Assembly: GCA_963705305.1 (NCBI GenBank)
Contig: OY970067.1
Span: forward strand, 5,440,001 to 5,504,000
Length of the DNA: 64,000 nucleotides
Origin: an uncultured Methylomirabilota bacterium
GTDB taxonomy: Bacteria > Methylomirabilota > Methylomirabilia > Methylomirabilales > 2-02-FULL-66-22
Direction of reading: 5' to 3'
The notes below the pieces were generated by a model. That model saw only the letters and a list, made by a program, of their open reading frames with translations. It searched no databases and was not told the origin of the DNA. A program made the translations under genes and the position numbers. This document shows, one piece after another, positions 38,336 through 48,243 of the stretch; the first letter of the stretch is position 1, and each line of letters opens with the position of its first letter.

Positions 38336-39148
38336 ATGGACACCGAGTCTCGGGAGACCCTCGACCGCTATACCGGACTGGCCGAAGTGTACGACGCGTA
38401 CCGGCCGCGGCCGCCGATGGTCATCGCGGACCTCCTCGCACAGCTGGCACGAACCCCCCGGCCGCGGCTGGTCGTGGATCTGGGGTGCGGCACCGGCCGG
38501 TCCACTCTTCTGTGGGCGGGCCGGGCCGATGCCGTGATCGGCATCGAGCCCAACCAGGACATGCGGTGCGTCGCGGAGGCCCGCAGGGCGGAATGCTCCG
38601 AGGCAGGCAGTATCCGGTTCCAGGCGGGCATCGCCGCCGAGACGGGCCTCCCGGACGGCTGTGCCGACATTGTGACATGCTCACAGTCCTTCCACTGGAT
38701 GGAGCCAAAATCTACGCTTGCCGAAATCGCTCGTATCCTGCACTCTGGAGGGGTCTTCGCCGCCTACGACTACCAACGGCCGCCCACGATAGATTGGGAG
38801 GCCGAACAGGTCCTTTTGACCTTCTGGTCCCGGCTGACCGCCGTCCGGGAGGCGCGCGGCTTGTCGCAGGAGCGGCGGTGGCCCAAGGAGGAGCACCTGA
38901 GTCACATGCGAGATTGCGGCCATTTCCGCTACACGCGGGAGAGCTGGGCGCATAACGTCGAGAGCGGCAACGCCGAGCGGCTGGCTGGGTATGCGCGGAG
39001 CCACGGCGGGATCAGCTCGCTGCTGCGGCAGGGACTCAGCGACGCCGAGATGGGCCTGGACGTCCTGCGCGAGGCGGCGGACCGGATCCTGGGAAGCCAG
39101 CCCCGACCCTGGTTTGTCGGCTATGCGATTCGGATTGCCATCAAGTAG
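38336..39148 (+). CDS. Class I SAM-dependent methyltransferase
   Basis: YDAYRPRPP, DLGCGTG, SQSFHWM. Confidence 0.85.
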   Translation: MDTESRETLDRYTGLAEVYDAYRPRPPMVIADLLAQLARTPRPRLVVDLGCGTGRSTLLWAGRADAVIGIEPNQDMRCVAEARRAECSEAGSIRFQAGIAAETGLPDGCADIVTCSQSFHWMEPKSTLAEIARILHSGGVFAAYDYQRPPTIDWEAEQVLLTFWSRLTAVREARGLSQERRWPKEEHLSHMRDCGHFRYTRESWAHNVESGNAERLAGYARSHGGISSLLRQGLSDAEMGLDVLREAADRILGSQPRPWFVGYAIRIAIK

Positions 39149-39260
39149 CGCGCGACAGCCGGCTCTGTGCGCTGCGCATAGTGCGGCCATTCGTTCCGAC
39201 CCCCGGCCGCGACGGCGCGTTCGCGATAGCGCGAGAGGAGAGAGCGCAGGGGGGTCCCCT

Positions 39261-39785
39261 GTGAGAGGGGTGCTTTGCGTCCTGTTCGTTGCCCTGGCCG
39301 TCGCCCTGCCGGTGTGCGCGCAGGCAGCCGACCAGGTGGCGCTGTTCAATGCCCGCCTCGAGTACACGAATCCGGATCCCCTGCGCTGGCACAAGGATGA
39401 AGAACGGCGCGATCCGAACAAGGGAGTGCTCGTCCTGAAGCGCGACGCGGTGACCGGCAGGAGGGGAGAGACCAGCCAGCCGGTGGTGGCCTTCATTTAC
39501 GAAAAGGTGCCGGGAACGGTTCGCACGCTGGACGAATATGTGAAGATGGCGCGGGATCGGACCCCCTTCACGATCGAGGATATCTCCAAGTCCGATGACC
39601 GGATCATCTATTTCTGCAATTACGACCGCGGCACCCTCCACAGGCTCGTGATCGCCCACTTCCTCTTCGAAGGCAACGGCATCCAGGTCATCGCCGATGC
39701 CGACGATGGGGCCTACGACTACGTCCAGGAGGACTTCGGGCGGCTCTTAGCCTCGATCCGGCTCCTCAAGACTGCCGGCGAGTAG
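39261..39785 (+). CDS. Hypothetical secreted protein
   Basis: Signal peptide-like N-terminus; coding-like composition. Confidence 0.6.
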   Translation: MRGVLCVLFVALAVALPVCAQAADQVALFNARLEYTNPDPLRWHKDEERRDPNKGVLVLKRDAVTGRRGETSQPVVAFIYEKVPGTVRTLDEYVKMARDRTPFTIEDISKSDDRIIYFCNYDRGTLHRLVIAHFLFEGNGIQVIADADDGAYDYVQEDFGRLLASIRLLKTAGE

Positions 39786-39868
39786 CGGCGGGCGCCGGCC
39801 CGCCCTTTCCCCTGACCGAAGAGGGGCAATCGGCCGACCGGGGCAACACCGACAGCAGCGCACGGGCT

Positions 39869-40168
39869 ATGTGGCATCCGCTGGGTCTTGCAATTCTTCT
39901 CCTGTACGGCAGCGCCTACTGCGCGGCAGCCATCGCGTGGCTGGCGGCCGTGTCCTACCTGGTCAGGACCGTTGCAAACAGGAAGCCCGGCGTCCGCCTG
40001 TGGAGCGCCGGGCTGGGATACATTCCGCTCAACCTCGTCTTCCGGCCCGATCTTCTGACGGAGCGAGGACAGCTCTGGCGGCGCCGGTTCGGGAGGTCGG
40101 TCCTCGTCTTCGTGGGTGCGCTGGCCGCCGGCGTTGCGCTGACCGGTCTGGCTGCGCTCCTCCACTGA
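39869..40168 (+). CDS. Small membrane protein
   Basis: Two hydrophobic segments. Confidence 0.55.
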   Translation: MWHPLGLAILLLYGSAYCAAAIAWLAAVSYLVRTVANRKPGVRLWSAGLGYIPLNLVFRPDLLTERGQLWRRRFGRSVLVFVGALAAGVALTGLAALLH

Positions 40169-40299
40169 AATCCCGCCCGTCCGGTGCGCGCTGCATTATC
40201 CCAGGGGAATGGGTGCCCTGCCCATCATCGGTCGCAGGCCCTGGGCTGCCAACTGGCCGGCAGAGCAGGCCGGGGCCCGGGCCGGCCCTTCCGGTCCCC

Positions 40300-41232
40300 C
40301 TACCAGATCCACCCCGCCTCGATGGCGGACAGGGTTCCCACCGACACCGCCAGCCAGAGGAGCGCCCCCTGCACCAGCGGGCGAGGACCGTTCTTCCGCA
40401 GCACGTCCCGGGTGAGGCCCAACCCGATGAGGAACAGGGTCACCACCAGGCTCTGCTTGGCCACCCCGGACAGGACATGCCAGAGGGCATCCCCCGACGG
40501 AAGGACGGTGCGGAGCGCCGCCGCCGCCACGAAGCCGGCGATGAAGAGGGGGAACTTGGCCTTGCCTTCGGATCGCATCAGCCATCCGCCGCCGAGGGCG
40601 CAGGGAACGATCCAGACGGCGCGGGTCAGCTTCACCGTGGTGGCGATCACCAGGGCCGTGCTGCCGTAGGCCGCCGCCGCGCCCACCACGCTGCTGGTAT
40701 CGTGGATGGCCAGGGCCGACCAGATGCCGAATCCGTGCTGGGACAGCGCCAGGAGATGCCCGATCACGGGGAAGAGGAGCAGGGCGATGGAATTGAGCGT
40801 GAAGACGGTCGCCAGCGCCACCGCGGTTTCGTCGTCGTCCGAGCGGATGACCGGCGCCATGGCGGCAATGGCGCTCCCGCCGCAGATGGCGGTGCCGAAA
40901 GAGATGAGGGTCGAGGTGCGGAGCGATGTCCCGGCCAGCCGGCCGAGCAGGAGGCCGAGCGTCATCGTGGCGGCGATGCCCACGGCGGTGTACACCGCCG
41001 CGTGGCGGCCGGTCGTCCAGATCGTGGAGAGGCTGATGCCGAAGCCCAGCCCCGTCACCGACGCCTGGAGCAGCCGCTTGCTCCAGCGGGAGACACCCAT
41101 CCCCCACGGGTTGCCGAGAATTATCGCAAAGCCGATTCCCGCCGCCAGCGCCAGGGGCGCCGAGGTCCACGGCAGCGCCGTGGCGGCCAGGAGAACGATC
41201 AACAGTCCCTTCTTCAGCCTGTCAGTCTGCAT
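40300..41232 (-). CDS. YeiH-family (putative sulfate exporter) membrane protein
   Basis: GTAICGGSAIAA, AIHDTSSVV, VKLTRA. Confidence 0.9.
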   Translation of the reverse strand: MQTDRLKKGLLIVLLAATALPWTSAPLALAAGIGFAIILGNPWGMGVSRWSKRLLQASVTGLGFGISLSTIWTTGRHAAVYTAVGIAATMTLGLLLGRLAGTSLRTSTLISFGTAICGGSAIAAMAPVIRSDDDETAVALATVFTLNSIALLLFPVIGHLLALSQHGFGIWSALAIHDTSSVVGAAAAYGSTALVIATTVKLTRAVWIVPCALGGGWLMRSEGKAKFPLFIAGFVAAAALRTVLPSGDALWHVLSGVAKQSLVVTLFLIGLGLTRDVLRKNGPRPLVQGALLWLAVSVGTLSAIEAGWIW

Positions 41233-41356
41233 TCCCTTCCCCCTTCACAATCGTGCGCGATCCGCATCCTGGGAAAATTAGCCTTGCAAAGATAGCAGGC
41301 TAGCTATATAAGCATAAATTCAAAATAGTGATATATATAATCAATCGGATTGATAT

Positions 41357-42307
41357 ATGTCCATCAGCCTCCGGCAGCTCGCCATCTTCGAGAGGGTGGC
41401 ACTTCTTGGCAACGCCACGCAGGCGGGGAAGGCGCTCTTCATCAGCCAATCGGCGGTCAGTATGGCGCTCGCCGAGCTGGAGAATCTGAGCGGCGGCGAG
41501 CTCTTCACCCGGTCGGGTCGGCGGCTGCTCCTGAACGAGCGAGGGCGCCGTCTCTTGCCGGAGGTGACCCAGCTGCTGCGGCAGGCGGAGTCCCTGCAGA
41601 GGGCCTTCCAGGAGAGCGCCGATGAGCCGGCGGGGATCCTCCTCGCCGGGGCCAGTACCACGATCGGCAATTACCTGCTCCCGGCTCTCTTTGGCAAGTT
41701 CGCGCGGCGCTACCCTCGGGCGGAGGTGGCGCTCCAGGTCGGGAACTCGCAGCAGATCACGGACGAACTGTTGGCGGGACGGCTGGACGTCGGCCTGATC
41801 GAAGGGCCGTGCCATGCGGACGAGCTCGACTGCGTCCCCTGGCGGGACGACGAGCTGGTGATCGTCGTCGGACCGGAACACCCGTGGTCCAAGTCGGGGA
41901 GGGCGACGCCGGCGATGCTGGCGGCGGCCTCCTGGATCGTGCGCGAGCGGGGCTCGGGAACGCGAGAGGTGTTCGAGGCGGCGATGGCGCGGCTGGGCAG
42001 GCCCTACCGGATCGCCCTGGAGCTGGGGCACACGGAGGCCATCAAGAAGGGGGTGGAAGGGGGGCTCGGCGTGAGCTGTCTCTCGCGCCTGGCCGTGCGG
42101 CGCGAGCTGGAGCTGGGGTGGCTGCGGGAGATCCGGACCTCCCTCGACCTTCGGCGGAAGCTCCTCCTCCTCACCCGCCGGGAGCGGCGGCAGACGCCGC
42201 TCTACCTGGCATTCCTCGCGCTGCTCACCGACCCGGCGGGTTTCGATGCGGGGGTCGAGAGAGATGAATCGCGTACAGACGAATCGGCCAACGGAGGGGA
42301 AGAATGA
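41357..42307 (+). CDS. LysR regulator (YeiE/CysL-like), divergent from the YeiH-family gene
   Basis: N-terminal HTH ISQSAVS, GASTTIGNY, RERGSGTRE; AT-rich intergenic region 41300-41356. Confidence 0.9.
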   Translation: MSISLRQLAIFERVALLGNATQAGKALFISQSAVSMALAELENLSGGELFTRSGRRLLLNERGRRLLPEVTQLLRQAESLQRAFQESADEPAGILLAGASTTIGNYLLPALFGKFARRYPRAEVALQVGNSQQITDELLAGRLDVGLIEGPCHADELDCVPWRDDELVIVVGPEHPWSKSGRATPAMLAAASWIVRERGSGTREVFEAAMARLGRPYRIALELGHTEAIKKGVEGGLGVSCLSRLAVRRELELGWLREIRTSLDLRRKLLLLTRRERRQTPLYLAFLALLTDPAGFDAGVERDESRTDESANGGEE

Positions 42308-43287
42308 AGACGATCGGCTGGGGACTCATCGGGTGCGGCGACGTGACCGAGGTGAAGAGCGGACCGGGCTTCCAGAAGGCGGCGAATTCCCGACTCATGG
42401 CGGTCATGCGCCGTAACGGGGAGCTGGCGATGGACTTTGCGCGCCGCCATGGCGTCCCGAAATGGTACGACAAGGCGGAGGCCCTCATCGCCGACCCGGA
42501 GGTGGACGCGATCTACGTCGCGACCCCGCCGTACGCCCACAAAGACTACACCTTGATGGCCGCCAAGGCTGGCAAGCCGGTGTATGTCGAGAAGCCGATG
42601 GCCATGAACCTGAGCGAATGCCAAACGATGCTCGACGCGTGCCGCGCCGCGAATGTCTCCCTGCTGGTGGCCTACTATCGGCGGGCGCTCCCCCGCTTTC
42701 TGAAGGTCAAGGAGATCGTCGAGTCGGGCCAGATCGGCCGGCCGCGCGCCGTCACCATCGCGCTCTACCGCCCCCACGTGCCGCCTCCGCCCGGCAGCAC
42801 CGACTGGCGAGTAGATCCCGCCGTCGCCGGCGGGGGGCGCTTCGTGGACATGGCGTGCCACATGCTGGACTTTCTGGATTACGTCCTGGGCCCCATTCGC
42901 ACCGCCTCGGGCCTGGCCGCCAATCAGGCCAAGCAGTACCCGGCCGAGGACTGCGTGACCGCCGCCCTCGAGTTCGAATCGGGCGTGCTGGGTGCCGGCC
43001 TCTGGTGGTTCGCCAGCCCCGACCCCGTGGACCGCACCGAGATCGCGGGTACGCGCGGCCGGGTCGTCTTCGCCAGCTTCGACGAGGGGCCCGTCGTGCT
43101 CGAGGCCGGCGGCAGGACGACCGAGTTTCCGATCCCCCACCCGCCGCACGTGCAGCAGCCGCTGATCCAAACGGTGGTGGATCAGCTCAACGGCGCCGGC
43201 CAGTGCCCCAGCACGGGCGAGTCCGCGGCACGCACGACCCGGGTGATGGACCAGATCCTGGCCGGATTCTACGCACCCAGGTCGTAA
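42304..43287 (+). CDS. Gfo/Idh/MocA oxidoreductase
   Basis: GLIGCGDV, YVATPP, VEKPMA. Confidence 0.9.
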   Translation: MKTIGWGLIGCGDVTEVKSGPGFQKAANSRLMAVMRRNGELAMDFARRHGVPKWYDKAEALIADPEVDAIYVATPPYAHKDYTLMAAKAGKPVYVEKPMAMNLSECQTMLDACRAANVSLLVAYYRRALPRFLKVKEIVESGQIGRPRAVTIALYRPHVPPPPGSTDWRVDPAVAGGGRFVDMACHMLDFLDYVLGPIRTASGLAANQAKQYPAEDCVTAALEFESGVLGAGLWWFASPDPVDRTEIAGTRGRVVFASFDEGPVVLEAGGRTTEFPIPHPPHVQQPLIQTVVDQLNGAGQCPSTGESAARTTRVMDQILAGFYAPRS

Positions 43288-43530
43288 GCAGGGCGCCCGG
43301 CCTCGCGCGGGAAGACCGCCGCCTGAGAATCCCCCGCTGTGACAGGGGGACGTGATTGCCTCGCGCGCCCCCTGTCCTTCTTTCCAGCCGACATATTCCG
43401 ACTCCCCGAGCCCCTTTTCGTCTTGACGCCGGAAAGTTACGAGGGTGTCATGGAAAGGGGGGAAGTCCCCGCCCCGGCAGTGTCGGCGGGGGGGGCGTCC
43501 GACCGAGGACGGCCAAGAGGGAGGGGAAAC

Positions 43531-45006
43531 ATGCCAGCGGAAGAGCTTCGGAATTACATCGGCGGGAAATGGGTGCGCTCCACCGGCCTCGGCCGCCAGG
43601 ATGTCGTGAATCCGGCCACCGGCGATGTTATGGCGTCCGTCCCGTTGTCCTCGCCCGCGGAGGTGGATCAGGCGGCGGCCGCCGCCGAGAAGGCATTCGA
43701 AGGCTGGCGCCGGACGCCCGCCCCCCAGCGCATCCAATGCCTGTTCACGCTCAAGGCACTCCTGGAGGAGCACTTCGAGGACCTCGCCCGCACCATCACC
43801 ATGGAGAACGGGAAGATCCTGCCCGAGGCCCGGGCCGAGATGCGCCGGGCCATAGAGAATGTCGAGACGGCCTGCGGCATCCCCACCCTCATGCAGGGCG
43901 ATTTCTCCGAGGACATCGCCCGGGGCATCGACGAGTACACGATCCGCCAGCCGGTGGGCGTCGTCTCGACCATCGCCCCCTTCAACTTCCCGGGGATGAT
44001 CCCCTTCTGGTACCTGCCCTACGCCCTGGCCTGCGGCAACGCCGTGATCCTGAAGCCGTCGGAGCGGACCCCCATCACCATGCAGAAGGTGTTCGGGCTG
44101 CTGGAGAAAGCCGGCTTCCCGCCCGGCGTCGCCAACCTGATCAACGGCGGCGCGGACACGGTGAATGCCATCCTGGACCACCCCGTCATCCGGGGGATCA
44201 CCTTTGTCGGCTCCACGCCGGTGGCGCGTCACATCTACAGCCGCGCCGCCGCCAACGGCAAGCGCGTCCAGGCGCAGGGAGGCGCCAAGAACCCGCTGAT
44301 CATCCTTCCCGATGCAGACCCGGAGTTGACCACCCGCATCGTGACCGACAGCGTCTACGGCAACGCGGGCCAGCGCTGCCTGGCGGCCTCGCTGGTCATT
44401 ACGGTCGACGGGGCGGATCGCGCCTTCATGCCCGCCTTGAGCGAGGCGGCCGCCAGGCGGGTCGTCGGGTACGGCCTGGATCCCGATGTCCAGATGGGTC
44501 CCGTCATCACCCCCGAGAGCAAGGCCCGCATCCGGGGGCTCGTCCAGAAGGGCCTGGACGAGGGGGCAAAGCTTTTGGTGGATGGGCGGGACGCGGCCGT
44601 CGCGGGGTACGAGCACGGGAACTTCCTCCGCCCGACCATCCTGAAGGGCGTGGCCCCCGGCAGCACCATCGCGCGCACCGAGATTTTCGGGCCGGTCATG
44701 GCCCTGCTGCGCGCGGAGACCGTGGACGAGGCCATTGCCCTGGTCAACAGCGGCGAGTACGGCAACATGGCCTGCGTCTTCACCGGCAGCGGCGCGGCGG
44801 CGCGCCGATTCCGCTACGAGGCCCAGGCCGGCAACATCGGCATCAACATCGGGGTAGCTGCCCCCATGGCCTTCTTCCCCTTCAGCGGCTGGCGGAGCAG
44901 CTTCTTCGGCACGCTGCACGCCCAGGGCAAGCACGCGGTGGAGTTCTTCACCCAGACCAAGGTCGTCGTGGAGCGCTGGCTCGAGGAATGGTCCCGCCCC
45001 TTCTGA
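43531..45006 (+). CDS. mmsA: CoA-acylating methylmalonate-semialdehyde dehydrogenase
   Basis: PFNFP, KPSE, FVGST, GGAKN, GQRCLA, EIFGPV. Confidence 0.9.
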   Translation: MPAEELRNYIGGKWVRSTGLGRQDVVNPATGDVMASVPLSSPAEVDQAAAAAEKAFEGWRRTPAPQRIQCLFTLKALLEEHFEDLARTITMENGKILPEARAEMRRAIENVETACGIPTLMQGDFSEDIARGIDEYTIRQPVGVVSTIAPFNFPGMIPFWYLPYALACGNAVILKPSERTPITMQKVFGLLEKAGFPPGVANLINGGADTVNAILDHPVIRGITFVGSTPVARHIYSRAAANGKRVQAQGGAKNPLIILPDADPELTTRIVTDSVYGNAGQRCLAASLVITVDGADRAFMPALSEAAARRVVGYGLDPDVQMGPVITPESKARIRGLVQKGLDEGAKLLVDGRDAAVAGYEHGNFLRPTILKGVAPGSTIARTEIFGPVMALLRAETVDEAIALVNSGEYGNMACVFTGSGAAARRFRYEAQAGNIGINIGVAAPMAFFPFSGWRSSFFGTLHAQGKHAVEFFTQTKVVVERWLEEWSRPF

Positions 45007-45090
45007 CCGCCGCCGCGCGCGACGCGTCTGGGGACAGCTGACCTGGCTTGACCTCTCCCGTGCCCTCCTCCTGCCCGGGAAAGATTCTCC

Positions 45091-45119
45091 TTGAATACCA
45101 TACGCATGTTTGGTATATT
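45091..45119 (+). promoter_or_regulatory. sigma70-like promoter with operator ACCATACGCATGTTTGGT (45097-45114)
   Basis: TTGAAT-17 nt-TATATT; same motif and geometry as 7701-7729. Confidence 0.7.
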
Positions 45120-45143
45120 CGACACGATCCGTGAGCCATTCCC

Positions 45144-47489
45144 ATGAATCCTCCACATGCCTTGCTGACGGGCTGGATCTTCGACACGTACCCGACCAAT
45201 GGCGGGATGGTGGTGTGGATTGTGGACGAGGCGGGGAAGAGCCACCGCCTGACAGACCCGTTCCAGCCCAGCTTCTACGCCGCGGGGCCCGTCAAGGCGC
45301 TCCGGCAGCTCGCCGCAGACCTCGCCCGCCTGCACCTCGCGGCGCCAGTCGGAATGACCCACCGGACGGAATTCTGGAGCGGCGACCTGCGCGAGGTGCT
45401 GGAATTCCGCCTCCTCGATCCCGAGCGGCAGCCGGCCCTCCTCCGCCGGCTCGCGGTCCCGCGCCCCGGGCATCACCCTCTACGACTGCGACCTGGCGCC
45501 GGCGCTCACCTACTGTCACGCCCGGGGGATCTTTCCGCTGGCAAAAGTGACTGCCACCGTGGGAACGACCAATGATCAATTCTCAACGACCAATGCGGGG
45601 GCGGGGGAGGCAAATTCGAAATTCGAAATTCGAAATTGCAGTTTCGGGTGGAGGGATCGACGTGGGACCTGGACTATCCGGAGCCGCCGCTCACGCTGAT
45701 GGTCCTGACCTGCCAGGGGGACGAGCAGGGGCGCGGCGCCCCCCTCGGGAGGCTCCGCTCGCTCACCGTCGCCTGTGCCGGCGACCAAGCCACCATCGAG
45801 GAGGGCGACCCCGAGACGCTCCTCGCCGAGCTGAACACCCTCATCCGCCGCTTCGACCCCCACGCCATCGTCACCGACTGGGGCGACGCCTTCCTGGTGC
45901 CGGCGCTCCTCGCCCTGGCGGCGCGCGCCCGCATCCCGCTGGACCTCGACCGCGACATGGTCCGGCGCCGCATCCGGAGCGCGGGCCGCTCCTACTTCTC
46001 CTACGGGCGCGTCGTCTACCAGGCGCCCTCCTACCCGTTCTTCGGCCGCTGGCACCTGGACTCCCGGAACTCCTTCATCCTGAAAGAGACGGCGCTGGCC
46101 GGCCTGTTCGAGCTCAGCCGCCTGTCCAAGGTCCCCGTGCAGAAGATGGCCCGGACCTCGCCCGGCTCGGCCATCAGCATGATGCAGCTCGACCGGGCCC
46201 TCACCGACGGGATCCTGGTTCCCTGGAAGAAGGGCGAGCCGGAGCGGTGGAAGACCGCCTGGGATCTCTTGGTGGCGGACAAGGGCGGCCTGGTTTACCA
46301 GCCCGTCACCGGCATCCACGAGGGCGTGGCCGAGGTGGACTTCGCCTCCATGTACCCCGCCATGATGGCCCGCCACAACATCTCGCCCGAGACGGTGGAC
46401 TGCGCCTGCTGCCCGGACAATGCCGCCCCCGAGATCGGCTACTCCACCTGCCGCCGCCGGGACGGCCTGGTCACCAGGACGCTGCGCCCGATCTTGGCCC
46501 GCCGGCAAGAGCTGAAGCGGCTGCGGAACGCGGCCTCCGGCTCCGCGCGTGAGCGGTACGACCACCGCCAGACCGCCCTCAAGTGGATCCTGGTGACCTG
46601 CTTCGGCTACCTGGGCTACAAGAATGCCCGCTTCGGGCGGATCGAAGCCCACGAGACGGTGACCGCCTACGCCCGCGAAAAGCTCCTCGCCGCCGTGAAC
46701 CTGGCCGGGGACCGCGGCTTCCGCGTGCTGCACGCCATCGTGGACTCCATGTGGATTGCGAAGCCTGGGGCGACCGAGGCCGAGGTGCGGGACCTCTGCC
46801 GGGCCATCCAGGAGGCGGTGGGGATCGACATCAACCTGGAGGGCTTCTACAAGTGGGTGAGCTTTCTCCCCTCGCGCGTGGACCCCAACGTCTCCGTGGC
46901 CAACCGGTACCTGGGGGCCTTCGCGAACGGGGAGCTGAAGCTGCGGGGGATCGACCTGCGCCGCGCCGACACGCCGCCCCTGGTGGCCGAGGCCCAGCAG
47001 CGCATGGTGGAGATCCTGGGCGCGGCGGACGACCTGGCGGGATTCGCGGCACGGATCCCCCGGGTCCTGGAAGTCCTCGCGGAGTACGCCTGGCGGTTGC
47101 GCGAGGGGCAGGTGCGCCTGGACCAGCTCACCATCAAGCGCACCGTCTCCAAGGAGGCGGGCGAGTACAGGACCAACAGCCAGGTCGGGCTGGCCAGCCG
47201 GCAGATGGCCGACCGGGGCGCAGCCGTGCATCCCGGCGAGCGGGTCCGCTACGTGATCAGCGACGCCGACGCCGGGAACGTCGAGGCGCGGGTCACGGTG
47301 GCGCCCCTCCTCGGCGCCGACACGCCGTATGACACGGCCGCGTACCTGGAGCTGCTCTGCCGGGCGGCCGAGACGCTCCTCTGGCACCACGGCTACGATG
47401 TGGCGCGCCTGAAAGCCTTCCTGGCCGAGCGCGGCGTCGCCCCGGCCGGCCGGCAGGGGTCCCGCGTCTCACGCTCAGCACCAAGGTAA
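45144..47489 (+). CDS. B-family DNA polymerase, PolB2 group; two frameshifts in 45455-45640
   Basis: DFASMYP (motif A), RQTALKWILVTCFGYLG (B), HAIVDS (variant C), KLRGID; +1 frame segment LYDCDL...RGIFPLA joins the two ORFs. Confidence 0.85.
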
Positions 47490-47534
47490 CGGCCTCCGCG
47501 CCTCCGCCTTTGCGCCTCCTCGCCTCCGCCTCTT

Positions 47535-48020
47535 CTATCCTGCCTTCTCCTTCCCGCCAATGCGGGCCACGGGCTTCGCCGTCCCCGGAGGGTTCTGCGC
47601 CACGGTCGCCTCCAGACCATGCACCAGGGCCTGCCGCTCGGCCTCGGACAGTTTCGCTTTGGAATGCATCATGACGTAATACCATGGCGGCATGGAGCCG
47701 CGCTGAACCCGCCTCGCCGACTCGGAGGCTTTCCGCTGGGGGCGGTCCCACTCCGAGAAGTTCACGTGCCGCCGCCCCTCGTCCACGTCATTCTGGACGA
47801 GCCAGGAGACAGGGGCGATCCGCGAGTACCACGGCCAGGTCGTCTGATTGCTGTGGCAGTCGTAGCAGGCCCGAACGGCAAGCTGCCGGGTGGCCGGGCT
47901 GTCCCAGGCCGGCTCTTGGCGAACAGGCGGGTTGGTGTGCGCATGCCCGTAGGGGACCACCTGCATCCCTATCCCGAGCGCAATCAGTGCCCCGAGCGAC
48001 CACATTACGGTCTTCCACAT
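47535..48020 (-). CDS. Heme-binding domain c-type cytochrome
   Basis: CYDCH, WPWYSRIAP, NFSEW, MPP. Confidence 0.85.
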   Translation of the reverse strand: MWKTVMWSLGALIALGIGMQVVPYGHAHTNPPVRQEPAWDSPATRQLAVRACYDCHSNQTTWPWYSRIAPVSWLVQNDVDEGRRHVNFSEWDRPQRKASESARRVQRGSMPPWYYVMMHSKAKLSEAERQALVHGLEATVAQNPPGTAKPVARIGGKEKAG

Positions 48021-48243
48021 CCTTGACTCTCCCCTTGGAGTCACAGTGCAGCCACGACCGGATTCTGCTGGAAAAGCTGCGATGGGCGCACTGGAGGGTT
48101 TCTGACGGCCGGGCAGAACGATTCACGACGCCCGGCCGGGTGAGTCTAGCGGGGCAAGACCCCGCTGGCAACCCCCGCTGCCCTCTTTCTGTCTTTTCGT
48201 GGCTCGCCCCTGCACCCTCGCTCCCCTGCTCCCCCTCGCCCCT

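Noticed and set aside
42202..45156. 984-aa minus-strand ORF and many other long overlapping ORFs (e.g. 50550..52796, 45576..47390)
   Set aside because: Antisense shadows of well-supported genes, expected at high GC.
45573..45575. Selenocysteine readthrough joining the two polB2 ORFs (same frame)
   Set aside because: The homologous sequence before the TGA is in the +1 frame; the stop results from frameshifts and has no SECIS-like hairpin.
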